Source of the DNA: Macrostomum hystrix
Lineage: Eukaryota > Animalia > Platyhelminthes
DNA: 64,000 nt
Direction of reading: 5' to 3'
Assembly (NCBI GenBank): GCA_950097015.1
Contig: CATNEN010000039.1
Coordinates: forward strand, 11,718,001-11,782,000
A model generated the notes under the pieces. The model saw only the letters and a list, made by a program, of their open reading frames with translations, was not told the origin of the DNA and did not search any database. This document shows, one piece after another, positions 62,859-64,000 of this stretch (position 1 is its first letter; every line of letters begins with the position of its first letter). The position numbers and the translations under genes were made by a program.

Positions 62859-64000
62859 CGACCTACGACGGTTCGTAGTTGTGGATGAAGCGGCAAGAGA
62901 AATACTGACGCTACGAGTACGAGCAATAAAAACACAAAATTTTTTTTGTTTTTTGTATTTTTTCATTTTCAGTGTCGTCCCGATTACTCAGCCTGAATTT
63001 CTACACGGTGTTTTTTTAAACAGAAGGCGTCCAAATTCTATCGAATGCTGCTACGAGTAAAACGGCCATTTTAATAACCGATCAGTTCATCGACAAAAAC
63101 CTGCAACGACAGTAGAAGTATCGAAGGGGTTTCCCCCAACCCTGAATTGAATTTGGTTGCACGTAGCAACTAGGGCTCATGAAATTCTAGAACACAGCAA
63201 AATTTTGTAGCCCGACTTCTGAAAACATGTTGAAGAGGGACGAGACATTTTTAACGATTCTAACAAACGGTTCACTTCACTAACAAACGGAACGGTGTCA
63301 TTCCGTGCACAACTTTAATCCAGTCAGCATTGTATCTCAGTGCAGCTGTTTCATTGTTTTGTCAACCCTTTTTCACGTAATTATGTAGTTCGATGGTTAA
63401 GCAGTGAGAAGGAAAGTTAGAGAGAAAGCCTGGAGAAAGTTTTAGATGGAAAATTTCTGCGAAAGCTTTGTATCATTTTTTTCTTTTTTTCTAAGAAACT
63501 TTTTGCGTATTTTTTTCATTGTCAATTGTCAAAGCAAATTTAAACAGTTCACGAAACATTTATAGATTTTCCAACACGTTGCGCATTGTAATTTCACTAA
63601 CGTTCTTATTCTGCTACTAGCAGTAATAGTAGGCAAAGACCGTAGTTTTTAGTCTGACCTAACATGCTGTATAAAAATGCATTCTTTGTATCACAAAATA
63701 TAGTCCAGTTTATTTTAGTTTCGCACTAATGTTTCTTAACATTATATTGTTTACTATCTTGTGATTTGAAATGTTGTAGTTTTACCTGAGCTTTTGAGGA
63801 CTTGGTGTGAAAGGCAATTTGTTTTTTTAACTAATATTGTCGAATTTCAAATCAGAGGGATCATTGTTGTGTAGTAGCTGTACCACTACCCACAGTTTTA
63901 TACGGCATTAGCTGATTTCAAAACCAACAGAGTAAATGCCATCTTTGCAAACTACTCTACTTAATTGTGTCCTGCTTAAGTAGTGTTTAAGCAAATTAAC

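Overview
Eukaryotic (animal) genomic DNA with GT-AG introns. The minisatellite-filled introns, polyQ/polyA-rich proteins and gene content resemble a flatworm such as Macrostomum (inference only). I built six protein-coding genes by hand with phase-consistent splice sites: the last 3 exons of inositol polyphosphate 1-phosphatase (+, 1854-4594); a single-exon secreted Arg/Trp-rich peptide precursor with antimicrobial-peptide architecture (+, 12839-13105); a 10-exon uncharacterised ~1138-aa protein with a C-terminal EF-hand-like module (-, 15519-24207); an atypical rhodopsin-family GPCR (-, 28134-29438); an 8-exon P2X receptor (-, 35595-49449); and a 17-exon RasGRF (+, 53367-62858). Introns and intergenic DNA hold about 20 different tandem arrays, two tRNA-derived SINE families and LINE/Tc1/hAT remnants. 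The most unusual element is in P2X intron 1 (48656-49187): a 336-bp tandem unit in which a minimal type I hammerhead ribozyme sits between consensus Pol III A and B boxes, where a tRNA anticodon loop would be. The rest of the unit is strongly self-complementary, like a retrozyme or Sm-alpha-type element.
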